64,000 bases of DNA, from the NCBI GenBank assembly GCA_002189035.1, contig NEEC01000010.1, positions 1,364,001-1,428,000 of the forward strand. Direction: 5' to 3'. The stretch's first letter is position 1. Each line of letters starts with the position of its first letter. The notes under the pieces are model-generated. The model ran no database searches and was not told where the DNA came from. It saw only the letters and a program-made list of their open reading frames with translations. Shown piece by piece: positions 49,614 to 62,681 of this stretch. The DNA comes from Utricularia gibba (lineage: Eukaryota; Plantae; Magnoliophyta). The position numbers were made by a program, and so were the translations under genes.

Positions 49614-51220
49614 CTCCAGAGAGTGATCTCTCCGTCTGTCTCTATGGCGCTGATTCCGCCATAACCGAGAAATCTTGTTCAATCATAGCTGATGCCGATA
49701 TATCCATGCGTGATTTACTTGATCCCGGATGCCTTTCAGCGTAGGCAAAGCATTTCAGAAAGGTATTTGGGAATACGCGTCAGTTGAATTAGCGAGCACG
49801 AAAGTAAACTCTCTCATTGAATACCCTCAATGGGTTCTACTAATGGCTACTGCCCTTCTTTCTCCCCATCTTAGATTGCCTATTTTTTAATACAGAAATT
49901 ATCATAAACTTTAAGTAAGATTTAATCTGGGGGTGGGGGGATCATTGAATTGGATTGAACCCTAGATTTAATTAATTGTGGGTTTGGAACACTCAATTAG
50001 ATGAAGAATATGGCCAAATTTGATAGATCCGTTTTGATATCATGCATACATATACACAGCGTTGGTCATTCATGCTATCATTTAAAAAAAACACACACAC
50101 ACACAAAATAAAAATGGGGACACAGATTTGATGTGAGATGGTGTGGGCCCCTATTTACCAAAATGACTTCGGGTCGAACATTGGGCTTAATGCACGTTTG
50201 GTGACAAACCGAATAGAGATCGAGGCCCAGACATTTAATTGGGCCTGGACCCTAGATTCAGAATCCAAACACGGCAGACGCTTCGTTATATTTGTTACAT
50301 TAAATGCTCCTAGTGATCGATCATTTACAAAAATGATACTCTCCTACTCTCTCACACACTCAATTAAAAAATTTTAACTGAGTTTGATAAATTTTTTTTA
50401 CATATTTCATCAAGAATGATTAAATTTATAATATGACTTCTATTTTGGAATAATAGGTTCCCAACTCTGCTTTGTCCATGTTTGGATATTTTTACATTAA
50501 CCTCCTAAGTCTTCTCCTCATGTTTTGGTCTTCATTTAGAAAATAGTTTGGTGTGAATTAAATTTTTTACATTAACGATGACTATTTTTATCATACACTG
50601 ACAAGGAAATAACCAAAATTTTAATAGACCCATTGTTTGAGTTTTTATGCATGTGTATCTGATATTATTGACAATTCTGAATCAGTGTATAACCTATACA
50701 CAAGCCATCAACATTATGGCATTTCGTTATATAATAAAGAAACACTAAATAGTCTCATTTTGCAAATAAAAACTATAAGCCAACACACACAATTTATTGT
50801 AAGGTTCAATTGCTTTACAATAGATTTTCTATTGTACCATAACTTATATGGTATTTTTCTTGATTATTGTCCAGCTGTAAGGGATCATTTTTGGATATAT
50901 ATTGTTGTGTTTATGATTTATGTTCCAAATTTTTCAGGAATATTTTTTCAAAATCATAGGTTGACTCATTTGAGTCCTTCAATAAAATGCCATAGCCTAT
51001 GAATCTCTGCATCCTTATTTATAATAGTATTACTGTAATTATTTTGTAGTATAACCCATAATTCTTTTGGAGTTTACAACTTAGGAATTTTTTGTAGATA
51101 CTCCACGATTAGTTCAAGATTCATTCATGGTTTTTAAGCATTCACGCATTGGCTCTTCCTTTTTCTATCCCGTGTGTTTCGTTGAAGTGAGTACAATTTG
51201 ATCCCATCTCGGGTTGGGAT

Positions 51221-52986
51221 TTACAGTTGAATGAGCTGGGAAACAGTGATCGGAGTCACGTACTCACCGGAATCGTTGAAAAAGGCGCCGATGGCTAGGC
51301 GCGCGGCTCTCTCAGTTGGATGAAAAATGTCCCAGAAAAGATGATTACTTCTGTTGGAACAGAACAATGCAACTGGTACGCAGGGGACGTCCGATCTCAG
51401 CTTCCCAAGGCCGCAGCACGCAGATCTCGTCTCAGCAAATCCTAACAATAAAAATCAACGATCGATGAACAACAAGTGCGATGAATTCGATGTGAAGAAA
51501 TCCGTACCGTAATCTTCAGCCTTCTGAATGAAATTCATCAGAAGACGATAAGTATCGAGGTAGACGTAGTGGAAATCAACAAGTTCCGACTTCAGCTCAG
51601 GCAGCACCCGCGAGAATTCCGCGTTAGCCTTCGCGCACATCGAATTCGTCTGAATGTTGCATTCTCCACCGGCGACCTCCGATCGCTGTTTCGGCGCGCA
51701 ACCTATCGGCGGCAATGAGGCGACCAAGAACTTGCGCGCTCCCATACCATGAGCCTCCTACAAGCGATTTCCCCAAATCAAAGCGCGGTAAAGATGCGCA
51801 AGCTTCTCAAAATTGAATTACCTTGATCAAGATCTTGAATGTGGAAGCCATTAGGGCAGCGTACTGATCGGCGGATAAACCTCGAGTGAATGCGGATCTG
51901 TTAGCGCCGCCGTAATTGAGGACATCGTTGCTACCGACGACGAAGAGGAAGATGGATTGCGAGAAATGCTCCAACGCTGCAGATTCCGATCCCAATTCCT
52001 CCACGCGCTTTGCTCGGACCTCGGAGAAATACCGTAACTGATTCCGCAGGGTAATTTGTTGCTCCTACAACACGCGGACACAGGGTAAGTTACAAAAATG
52101 TACATCATTAATTTAAAAAATACCTCAAATACAACCAATAAAAAACTATTTCTTTTATTAAAATACGTTTTTAATAATTTTAATAATTTCGCTTGGGTCA
52201 TGAAGTGGCCGCAATCGCGGCCATGGATGGCACTGTGGCAGATATTTCCAGCTCTATAGAGAATTTCAAGATATTAATATTTTTCACGCATTATATATAT
52301 TTTTTCATTTTAAAAATAGATAAAAATATATTCGTTAACTAGGGAAACTGTAATAAATGAGTGTAGTAGCTCACAACGACGGCGTTGTTGGTGGTGTTCA
52401 GGATCCCGGCGCCACCGGAAGCGAAGTTTGCACCCGCCGTGAATGTGCCGTCCCGCCGGGAAAGATAAGGCGGCACCGGCAAAAGATTCAACTGCTCAGC
52501 TGCCAGATAACACGTAAATATCAGTCAGCCACTTTCGTATCTTCCAGCCGCAGATACAAACACTAAGGAACCAGAAAAGACAACCACATTTCAAACCAGC
52601 AAACAGTGTATGGGTGAACATCTGATGTGTTATAATTGGATTGTATTCGCAACTTAATATAATAAGAAAAATGGGAATAGCCTTCTGGGTTGATGTTTTT
52701 GTAGAAGAGAAGATTATCACAACACACCTATAAAATCGGCGACGTTTTTGCCGTTGGAGAATCTGCCGGTGGGTCTCCTGCCGGAGTAATCGATACCATT
52801 GTGCGGAAAATTTGCTTTGAGGATCGACAGCGGCAAGTGATTGTTGTTGCCAGCATCCACCAGTGAATCTCCAAACACGTACAGCGCCGGCACTGCCTTG
52901 GCTCCGGCGAGCCCTCCGCATAAACAGAGAATCTGCGCCAAGAGCAGAACGGCGGCGGCCAATCTGAAGCTGAGGAGAGAATCCAT
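51221..52986 (-). CDS. Secreted GDSL esterase/lipase (5 exons)
   Basis: Signal peptide; block [14 protein letters not shown]; GRFSNG; [10 protein letters not shown]; VGSND; PPIGCAP; catalytic FWDIFHPTE (DxxH). Exons join in frame. Confidence 0.95.
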
Positions 52987-54754
52987 TACCGGAATCTTGG
53001 ATGAAGAGGAGAGAAAGCGCGGGGTGGCCTTTTATGGAGAAAGATGAAAGAAGCCGTAGGTGTGAACGCCGACAGCAAATGTGAGTGGAGAGACTGCGCT
53101 TGTGTGCCGCTTCATCAAGTACTCCGTGTGAATTTGATTTTCGGTCACGTCAAATATATATTTTCTTATTTTAATATTTTTACGCACCACAAATTTTGAT
53201 TCCTTAGATTTTTAATATATTTTAAAGTTTAACATTTTTTACCCGTCAAATTAAACATGGGGATCTTTAGTTAAATGCACTATCCAAACTTTAAGGTTTA
53301 AAACGTTACATACCATTGACGGCTGGGCTTGGTTTGGTAGGATTTTAAATTATATTATATGTTAAATAACATATAATAATCAAATATATAATAAATAATG
53401 ATATTTAGTATTATATATTTGATATTTAAATATTTTTGTTTAAAATATTATTAATAATGAAACACGAACACGTACGGTTAATTTCATTATATAAAAAATT
53501 TTAGAATAAAATTTTTATTCCAATTATCTAATATTGACATTTTAGTAATATTATAAATCTAATTATAAAGATTTATATCAAATGTGTAATAAATAATTAT
53601 TTTTTAAATAACGATTTCTAACATATTCATATTTTTTTAAAATCATTCTTTTTTATATATAAATTAATATCGAAAAAAATAAATGCACTACTAAATGATC
53701 ATTAAATAATTACAATTTTGGGATTCATCGTTTGTTGTTTAAGACTTTAATGTATATTTGATATTTTGTTATCGTTGATTTTAATAAATATTATTTATAA
53801 AAACTAGATTTAAAAAAATAAAAGGTGTACAATATTACTTCGAAATAATATTTAACATTAAAATAAATTCTATTTTAACATCCTTAGATTTAAAAATTGA
53901 AAATAGATAGTGTAAAGTTATGTCTTTTAAAAATTATTAGGATTCAAGATGTCTTGTATCTAAAATAAAATAAATTTACATTCATGAGATTCCCGGCATT
54001 AAGAATCCACAAGCACCAACATTATGATTAAAAAAACATCTTCCTTTTTTCGTAAATGCAAATAATCTATGTTTTCTAATTTGTACACCACATAGGATTA
54101 GTTTATGTTTCATGTTTTCATATCATACAAGAGAATTTTCAATGAGAACACAAATTTGTAGTACATGTGGATGGGCATCCACCCCTACCTTAGTTGTATG
54201 TGTGTCCAAATTCTGTGCATAATCTTGAACACAATTCTGGACTTATTATTTAAGATTTTGCTGGTATGAAGTTTTAATTTAATTAATACGAATATAAATG
54301 AGGTTAATTTATAAAAATATGAAAAAAATGGTATTCTATCAAATTGAAAGAAGGTAAAATAAAGATCACTTATTTGAAACTTGATGGAGGATAGTGAGTG
54401 GACCAGATTCGTTAAGACATCTCGGAAGAATCATGTGCATAAAAAAAAATCTCTGGGGGGGGGGATTTTCTATTTAGGAAAGGAGAAGAATCCTGCGGTA
54501 AATCGAACACAGTGTATTATGAGGCCGACGTGAGAGTCAACTACACTGTGTTGTCCGAACCTATATTGTATCTTTGTGTGCCTGTCATGGACACGCGGAG
54601 CCCCTCACTCGCTTTCCCTTTCCAGGGGTTTCATGATTTATTCGACATGTTATGTGTAAATTTTGACTCGTTTACTGCAGCTGCGGCAATCCCTGCAATG
54701 CGTGAGGAGAGGAAACATCTTACAGCGGGGAAACTGGAAACACACACACTGAAC

Positions 54755-55084
54755 ATATGTTTTCAAATCGGGTTTACAAACCGAGCTGGTAGGGAACTGG
54801 TTTGGTTCAAAATCCGGTTTTGACCGGTCAAAATAGAATTTTAAACCCTGAATTTAAAAAAAAAAAACAAATTTTGGACTTAATGAAAATTTCAATCCAA
54901 AAATAAATGTAGATATAAGCACCGTGCATATAATTTAATAAAAAATAAAAACTGATCAACTTTACAGAAGAGGGCCACAATCCATTTTGAAAAACCATAA
55001 ATCCATTTGCTGGTTAATCGATAATTTGATAAAAACCCGTTAACGGGTTTCACCAGGTGCTAACCGGGTGGTTTGAAAACATAG
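54755..55084. mobile_element. Non-autonomous hAT-type MITE, 330 bp
   Basis: 12-bp TIR TATGTTTTCAAA (54756-54767) / TTTGAAAACATA (55072-55083). Flanking 8-bp near-duplication CACTGAAC (54747-54754) / CACTGAAG (55085-55092). AACCG/CCGG subterminal repeats, and an internal 18-bp palindrome AAACCCGTTAACGGGTTT (55033-55050). Confidence 0.75.
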
Positions 55085-56078
55085 CACTGAAGTGGAGTTT
55101 CAGAAATACTCATGTAAATTCCTTTTAACCTCTGCTGCGGCTGGGTGAACTTGAAAAGTAACTATTCTATTGTTATTGTGTGTAAAAAATAACTATTTTA
55201 AGTGTAAAACTTTGATTTTAATGTGTGAAATAGAATGTAAGAATGATTATTCTTCATGCAGATTCAGGTGGTGCCCAACTTCTTTATACGTCCTCAGGAA
55301 TGATATCACCAATCTTAGTAAGACTATTACATATACATTTAAATTTGAGTAAGTATTCATCTAAAGGTTGATCCAATTTTTTCCGACATTGAGTGAGTTG
55401 ATAACACAAAGAATAGGGATGTACCTCAGATTTTTGGGCATGGGCATCATGAAGAGCAATCCATACACCTTATGAGAATACATATTGATTTGATCTTGAA
55501 TTCTATAAATAAAAAATTAGGAAATGAATTAAAATAGATAAAAATGATATTATTGAAAAAAATCATTAAAATGTGAATGAAAATTCAGAATAAATTAAAT
55601 GATTCATTTTAACTTGATATTTTATTTTTTATAATTAAAATTTATATTTTTATTATAAAAATAATAAATAGCCATGTTTTACAGAATTATTAATTGTTTA
55701 TTTTAAAAATGAAAAATGAGAGGATGAAGAATATGTGCACACACGAAATTTTACTGACACACAACCACGTAATAGCGTTAGTTTTATTTATTTTATTTAC
55801 AAGTTGGCACAGCGAATTCCCGCTGTCTCTGCTCTCCATTTTAGATCGTTCCCGGATCTCCTTCTCCTTCTCCCCAGTGTAGATTTCGACTCAGGTAGTT
55901 TTGCCTTTCTCTTCTTTTTATCCTTCTCGTGCCGTTTGATTTTAGTGTTGCCCTGTGCTTGACTTCGTTCCATTTTCTGCGATGCGTTCCTTCATTGAAA
56001 CCGCAATTCTCCGAGTTGTTTTCCATGTTTTCAGGGCGATGTGATTTTGCCGCGATTTTCAAACACCCAGTTTGGTTT

Positions 56079-58755
56079 ATGGGCAATTCAGGTGTTCTTT
56101 CCTTGTTAAAAACCCCTAGATTCGGAATCTACTTCTCCCCTGGTTCCTGGTTAAAGACGGCGGCCCCCCGCCGTCCGACCAGCAGCCACTGCTTACTGGG
56201 GAGGCCATTGAGGGCGTGTTTTACGAGGATTACGTTTCCGAGGATGATGGGTTGTTGCCGGATTTGATTTCCTGGGTTAGAATCGTTGTGTGCTTTGTGT
56301 TGATGATGGTGATGACACTGATGTGGTGTATGGTGATGCTGATTCTGCTGCCATGGCCTTATCTCAGAGTGAGGCAGGGAAACGTTTATGGGCATGTCAC
56401 AGGGAGGATGCTGGTGAGTCTCTTGCTTCCTCATATTCTCAGAAAGCATATGCTGCAAAACATAGGATTAAAAACTTTTTCCTTAGAAATGAAAAGCCAA
56501 GTAGAAGAGCTGAAATGCCAATAAAAGGTGGTGAATAAAGATGTGGATTAGAAGCAAATCAATCAACAAATGAAAACACCAAGTCTAAATGTGAATTATC
56601 ATGTTGCAAATCTTAATATACCAAACTGTTTAGGTAAATTTGATGCATTATTATAAAATAATATTACTTTATATCCGTTATAAATTCATTCCTTATTTCA
56701 TATGAATGCTTGGTCAATGAGATAATCTTAAAAATCAATTTTCTATTTGGTATAACTAATGTTTGTATATTCAATTCTAGTTACTGTAACTTACATGTTG
56801 ACAAACAAACTATATTAAAATGTATCTTCAGTACCATATCCCACTGATTCATTCATATTGGATTCTTTCCAAGAATCATTTTACTTTTTGAGAAGGTACT
56901 TGGAATAAAACAAAAGTTATATATCTAAAATTTATTAAAATTTATTGTTTTTAGATTTATATTTTTTAATAAATAAAAATCATTTGTTAAATTATTTCTA
57001 TTATGTTTTTTTGTAGAAGAGGTATTCAAAACATACCCTTAATCTAGTATTTTCTCACATATTCTTAAAAAATTATGATTATAAAGAAAAAGATTACAAA
57101 AACATAGTAATAGACATGGGGAGAATTGTACAAACAACCACTGTACACAAAATAGGTGACCCAACTAAATATTGCAAGTGTATGAATTTTTGGAAGTATT
57201 TCTTTTTTTTTTGTGTCTGTTTGGAGCAAGATGGCGTGTAATAATGCTGTCCAGCTTTTCTATATTGGCGTGTGCGCGTCTGCCTGGATCTTGTGGTGGT
57301 TCTGCTTTGTGCGTGGCCGTCACTGTCAGTAATATGTATTAAAATTAAAAATTGATTTTACATTTTTGTCATATATGATATATAATTTGTGATACTAAAT
57401 ATAATTATTTAACAAACATGTATTCATAATTATTATTATTATAAATTAATTTTTTATGTCCTATGAAACAAAATTTAAGCAGTGTTCTGGAAATTAAAAA
57501 TTGTTTTTATTTTTCAAAATTAATAATTTTGAAAAATATAAATAAAAATTAAAAATAATCAACTTCTTATTTTTTTAAAAATAATTTTTATAGTTATAAT
57601 TTTAAAATTTTTTTGATAAAATTATTTGTACAATTAAAAGTATTTTAGAATAAAATTATTTTTACTTCTGAATAATAAAAATAAGTTTTAAAAATTTTTC
57701 AAAACATTACTTTAATGATTTCCACCAAAAAAATCTTTTGATATCTTGATAAAAAAAATGTCATAATTGTTGGCAGTGCCCCACGTTTATTTTCTGATGC
57801 AATATGGAAGATGTAAAAGTTGCAGGTTTCATTTCTTTTTTGTTTGCTTTCCTGATTTGAATCTACGAAGAAGAAAAAGAAGAAGAGAACAGTAACCTGA
57901 CGTCCGATGATCATGCTGACTGCAGATGTGGGTCTTAGGGAACTCGGTGAAGATACAGGGTGCGGAATACTCGCAAGAGAAGGCGATCTATGTGTGTAAC
58001 CATGCGTCTCTGCTGGATGTTTTCCTCATCATGTGGCTAACTCCGACGGGAACCGTCGGCATTGCCAAGAAAGAGGTGGCTGACTCTTTTCCCGAAGTGG
58101 CTGCAAATACCCCTCTGTATGTGTTTGTTGATGCCATGGCTCCATGATCTGCAGATCATTTTCTACCCCCTGTTCGGTCAGTTGTATGTCCTAGCGAACC
58201 ACCTACGAATCGATCGGTCGAATCCCAGTGCAGCCATCGATTCCCTGAGAGAGGTACCGCTTCTCCATCGTACAAGTAGCAGCAGCCGCAGCAGCATTGG
58301 ATCCTAAACATCTCTGTGTTTCAGGCTGCTGAGGCGGTGGTCAGGAACCATCTTTCGTTGGTCATCTTCCCTGAAGGGACGAGATCAAAAGACGGGCGCC
58401 TCCTGCCGTTCAAGAAGGCAAGTCAAGAGCTCTCCTCACCCCCTTCTTCTCCGGCACCATCATGAATATGAAAATCCGATGCCTTCTGGAACAGGGTTTT
58501 GTGCACTTGGCTCTGCAGACACGCCGCCCCATCGTCCCGATCGTCTTCACGGGCACGCACCGAGCATGTCGGAAGGGCGGGTTGCGGATCAGGCCGGCCT
58601 CCATAACTGTCAGCTTCCTTCCTCCAATCCAGACAACGGATTGGGAAGACAGCAAGGTGGATGAATATGTTGCACTGGTTCATGACCTCTACATGGAGGT
58701 CCTCCCGCCGTGTCAACAGCCCATCCCAGGATTCAAAACCGGGGACTCGTGCTGA
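56079..58755 (+). CDS. 1-acyl-sn-glycerol-3-phosphate acyltransferase (LPAAT, PlsC-like class B)
   Basis: ISWVRIVVCF, RQGNVYGHVTGRML, acyltransferase motifs NHASLLD (HxxxxD), GIAKKE and FPEGTRS, GFVHLALQTRRPIVP. Exons 56079-56413, 57926-58075, 58155-58253, 58325-58417, 58495-58755. Intron 4 is GC-AG. Apparent 1-bp deletion near the C6 run at 56164-56169. Confidence 0.92.
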
Positions 58756-61461
58756 ACACACCCAGTCCAATCCAGGGGCCCAATCTGAAATGGGCCGTGG
58801 TTGTGGATATACGATACGCACATATATATAGCATTTGAATTCATTGGTTTTATTTAAAACCTACATTTTTATTCTATCGTTTAATGTGACAGATGAGATG
58901 CCTAGTCTATGGGATGATGCCATCACCACAACATCCATATAAAACAAACAAAAATTATAAAATCAAAATTAGTTTCAATAAATTCATAATTGATCCAAAA
59001 TTAATTTAGATGATAGAATTCAAGTTAAAATCATATGTAAATAATACATTCTATAATCTATGAACTAAATCATTCAATATATGGGCATGTTCTGTTTTCA
59101 TAATTTATTGAATATGATTATATTTAATTTTTGAAGATTATAATCTTTATCCATTATATAATAAAATTAGAATTTAGATTTTTTTATTAAATTCACAAAT
59201 TATTGATTAAATAAAAAAATTATATATACTTTATTTTATTAAATTTTATAATATAATATTATAAACACAATTTTATAATTTCAAAATGATTTTATTTACA
59301 TAATCTTAAAATTGATCCTGTTTTACAAATTTTAGCACAACTTTAAATTAGAAAATATGCCCTATATCCTTATATAGTCTACGAAATTTGGATGGGTTTA
59401 TTCAAATCCATTTCCTTTCCATAATTTTATATATTATTATTCATATATGAATTGTGCTTTTTTTTTTTTTATACCTGCTAAATTTTTCAAGTGGTGTGGA
59501 ATGAAATCAAGAAAATGGAGGAATCAGAATCGCGGTTTGTTCACATTCAGAGGGGAAGCGTACCGTGATAACCATTTCATAATTAACTTTAACGGGAGAT
59601 TATCTGAGGGTTTCTTCCGTGCAGAGTTATCTCGAACTCTAATTCCGGGATTGACGGAGGTAAATTGTCTCTTTTACCGGCAATGCATCGTATTGATGTG
59701 CATTCTCGTTCCAAGATTCAATTATTATGCCTCATTTTTTTTGATGGGATGGCGAATGCCTTTTCTCGTTCATCTGGGTTTTGTTTCATTTCTTTGTTCA
59801 TTTGAGCTGATACTGGGGTTTCCTTAACGTTGGTTACTTTTTCCAGTCTAAATCATGTAACGAAGTGAAATGCTGAATTTCATTTAGATCTTTTATCTTC
59901 GACATAGTGATTAAATCTCGTGGAGTGATTAGGAGTTTGAAGATGTGGGATATTGGAGCTGATACGATTTTAAAGTGATTCGTGTCTGTGCATTGTCGAT
60001 GGCCATATTTGGAAGTATGTTGTTTAATCTTTATATATGGAAACTTTACCCCACTTACTGTGGTATAACTCCTTTTCTCGTAAATGGTTTTTCTTGGTTT
60101 TGATTCAAGCATTCTTTGCCTATTGATGTTCACATTTGTCCCATTCGATTCAGAAATTCAATACAACACCATATTCCTGCCTCTTTTTACATTACTTTTG
60201 TATTAGTAGTGATATTATTGCATAAAACTTGGGTAACAGAAGATTGAATAAGATCTCAGTGGATTCACATTTTTAAAGCAAGATAATTTTGTTTCATATC
60301 TTTGAAGAGAAAGCATTCTGTATTTAGTTTTGAAGGTTTAGATTCAGTATGTTGTTTGATTTGATTGATTGTCGATATTATATGCTTCCATATTATTACA
60401 CCGACTGTTATCTGCTATATGGAAGATTCCCCTTCAAATGGTGTGGAGCAGGACAAATCTACTAGAAATAATGATATTAAGTGTGACTTCTTAATCTGTT
60501 TAAAGCAAAAGGAAGTAATAGTTGTCATCACAACCTTGTATTATACGATGCCATTGCTTTAACTTTTGCGTAATCTCAGCATTGTCATATTTGTCGTTAG
60601 CGCTGGACTTCTCCTTTTGAAGTAAAAGTTCCTCGTTTCGCACTATTTAATGTTTACATCTCTGTGAATGGGTTTATGGTTGTCACTTGTCAAGAAGAAA
60701 TGATAGTCATCCCTTGAAGGTATATGGGTGATTCTGACATGTATCTTTCTTGGTTTTGATTCTATCTATTTACATTAAATTTCAGTTCATGAATCATCAC
60801 ATTTCGTGCATATTATGTACATTGTTTGGGGTAACTAGTTGTCTTAAGCTTAAAATTCTTGAGTTGATACTTCATTGTATCTGTAGAGATACGTTCCTGA
60901 GTTTTCATGTACTTTAAATAGTCTTGCATACCATGCTAATGGGAGGATATGAAGCTCATCACAAATGCTACATATCAGTTTTATTTCTTGCTCGTTGCTG
61001 ATTTATGTGAGGATACGACAGTTGATACTGTGACTCTGCAACTTTGTTTTTTAAACAAATAGTCGACATTCCAACTGAATCTTTTCCGGGGATGTTCTAG
61101 CTTGAGAGTTTTATGAAAATTTTAGTTCTTTCATTTATTGCCTCATATACGCAAACCCTTTGGTGCTCTATATGTTAAAAATGAAATTAGCAGTTCAAGC
61201 CATGTTTACACCCAACATCAACCACTTCTATATAACGAAGAATAATTCTTTCTAATTTGGGATGTTCTGTATGCATGGTGCACAATAGTGTGTCAATGAA
61301 AATGCATCAACGAACTGCAGATGAAAGTTGTCAAAGGAAATTATTCTTATTCGGCATACTAGCCTTTTGGTTGATGAGTAGGTTTTCATATTTATTTGCT
61401 GTAAATTTCGTGATTTCTTGAACTTCCAGGGTAGTCAATTGAAATAATACAAGTGCAGAAC

Positions 61462-62456
61462 ATGAGTCTAGCTATTCAAGGAGAAGGATCATCCGAACGG
61501 CCAATAAAGAGGAGGCATGGTTGTCCCTCTAATGATTTATTGCTAAACCATGCAGCAGCTGCCGTTGGATCACCTGAATCTGGTGGAGTGAAGCAATATC
61601 TTTCTCATTCATCTGATACAAAACATGGAACTGACGCAATCCTGGGGCAGTCAGTAACTGGGTTCATCGAAGCCACGTTTGATGGTGGCTATTTGCTTAA
61701 TGTAAGAATTGGCGGTTCCAGTACAAGTTTGAGGGGTCTGGTTTTCAAACCAGGCTACTACGTCCCCATAACAGCAGCAAATGATGTTGCACCGCATCTT
61801 CCAATGATCCAAAGAAGTGATATCAGTTTTTATCCTGGGAATCTTGGCATGTTTCAGGGCAGAGAACATGCTTTTCCGGAAGCATCTGCCATGCTAACTT
61901 CGAAAACAAAATATGCTTCCAGAAAAGATGCCGTTGCATCTGCTCCTCACTCTGCTGGAGGAAGTGCTGTGTTTTCTTTTGGGGTTCAATCTCCCACCAG
62001 TGTTTCAACGGGGATTGGTAACAACATGACAATGGCTGATCCTACCCTGGCCCCTCATCATTGTGCGCCTGCTAGCACGATGATGGGGCAACAACACAAG
62101 GGCCAGCCATCCGCAGCTGAAGGCATTCATATGCCTGACCCTCCCAAACTGCAAGATGCCAAATCCGAGATGAAAAAGGGACCGTTTAATGTGGTGAACG
62201 CAGCAAACTCGGTTGTTCTTACAGTACAGGAAAATCCAAAAAGAAATGAACCCTTGGAGTCACAAGCACAAGCTTCTTCATCCACTCCTGCAATGAATCA
62301 TGTGGCCGGACGAATGTCAGAGCTTTTAGAGGTGCGAAGTATACATATAAGGTGTTGAAAGTTTTCTTGCTTTCTCTTATCTGAATATAATGGTTTTAGG
62401 CCATGGAAGAGAGCACGATGGAGAGTAGCTCGGTGAAACCGCCAGGGTCATGTTGA
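61462..62456 (+). CDS. AT-hook motif-containing family protein (plant-specific GQxVxGxIEATFDxGY domain) with degenerate hook
   Basis: ILGQSVTGFIEATFDGGYLLNVRIGGSSTSLRGLVFKPG..NDVAPHLPMIQR matches this family from memory. Exons 61462-62331 and 62400-62456. An acceptor at 61429 and a strong donor at 59660 suggest a long 5'-UTR intron. Confidence 0.7.
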
Positions 62457-62681
62457 TCACCAGCCACCATTTATCCCAGGTGTGGAACAAAAGATCGAGG
62501 CCACTGAAACTCCAAATGCTAAGAACAACATATCATGTTTTATTTTATTTTTTTCAATACTAGAGGCATTTGAGTTCGAGTCGCAACTGAGTATTTTTTG
62601 CTAATGCAAGGTTCAATCAAGGTACTGAATATTGCTTTCTTGTGTTCTTTTTCAGACAGAATTAGCAAAAAATACTACTTA

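Noticed and set aside
50138-51002. ORFs at 50138-50377 and 50637-51002; also 59447-59827 and 59834-60133
   Set aside because: AT-rich or promoter/intron sequence (site II-like GGCCCA motifs, UTR intron); no protein-like signal.
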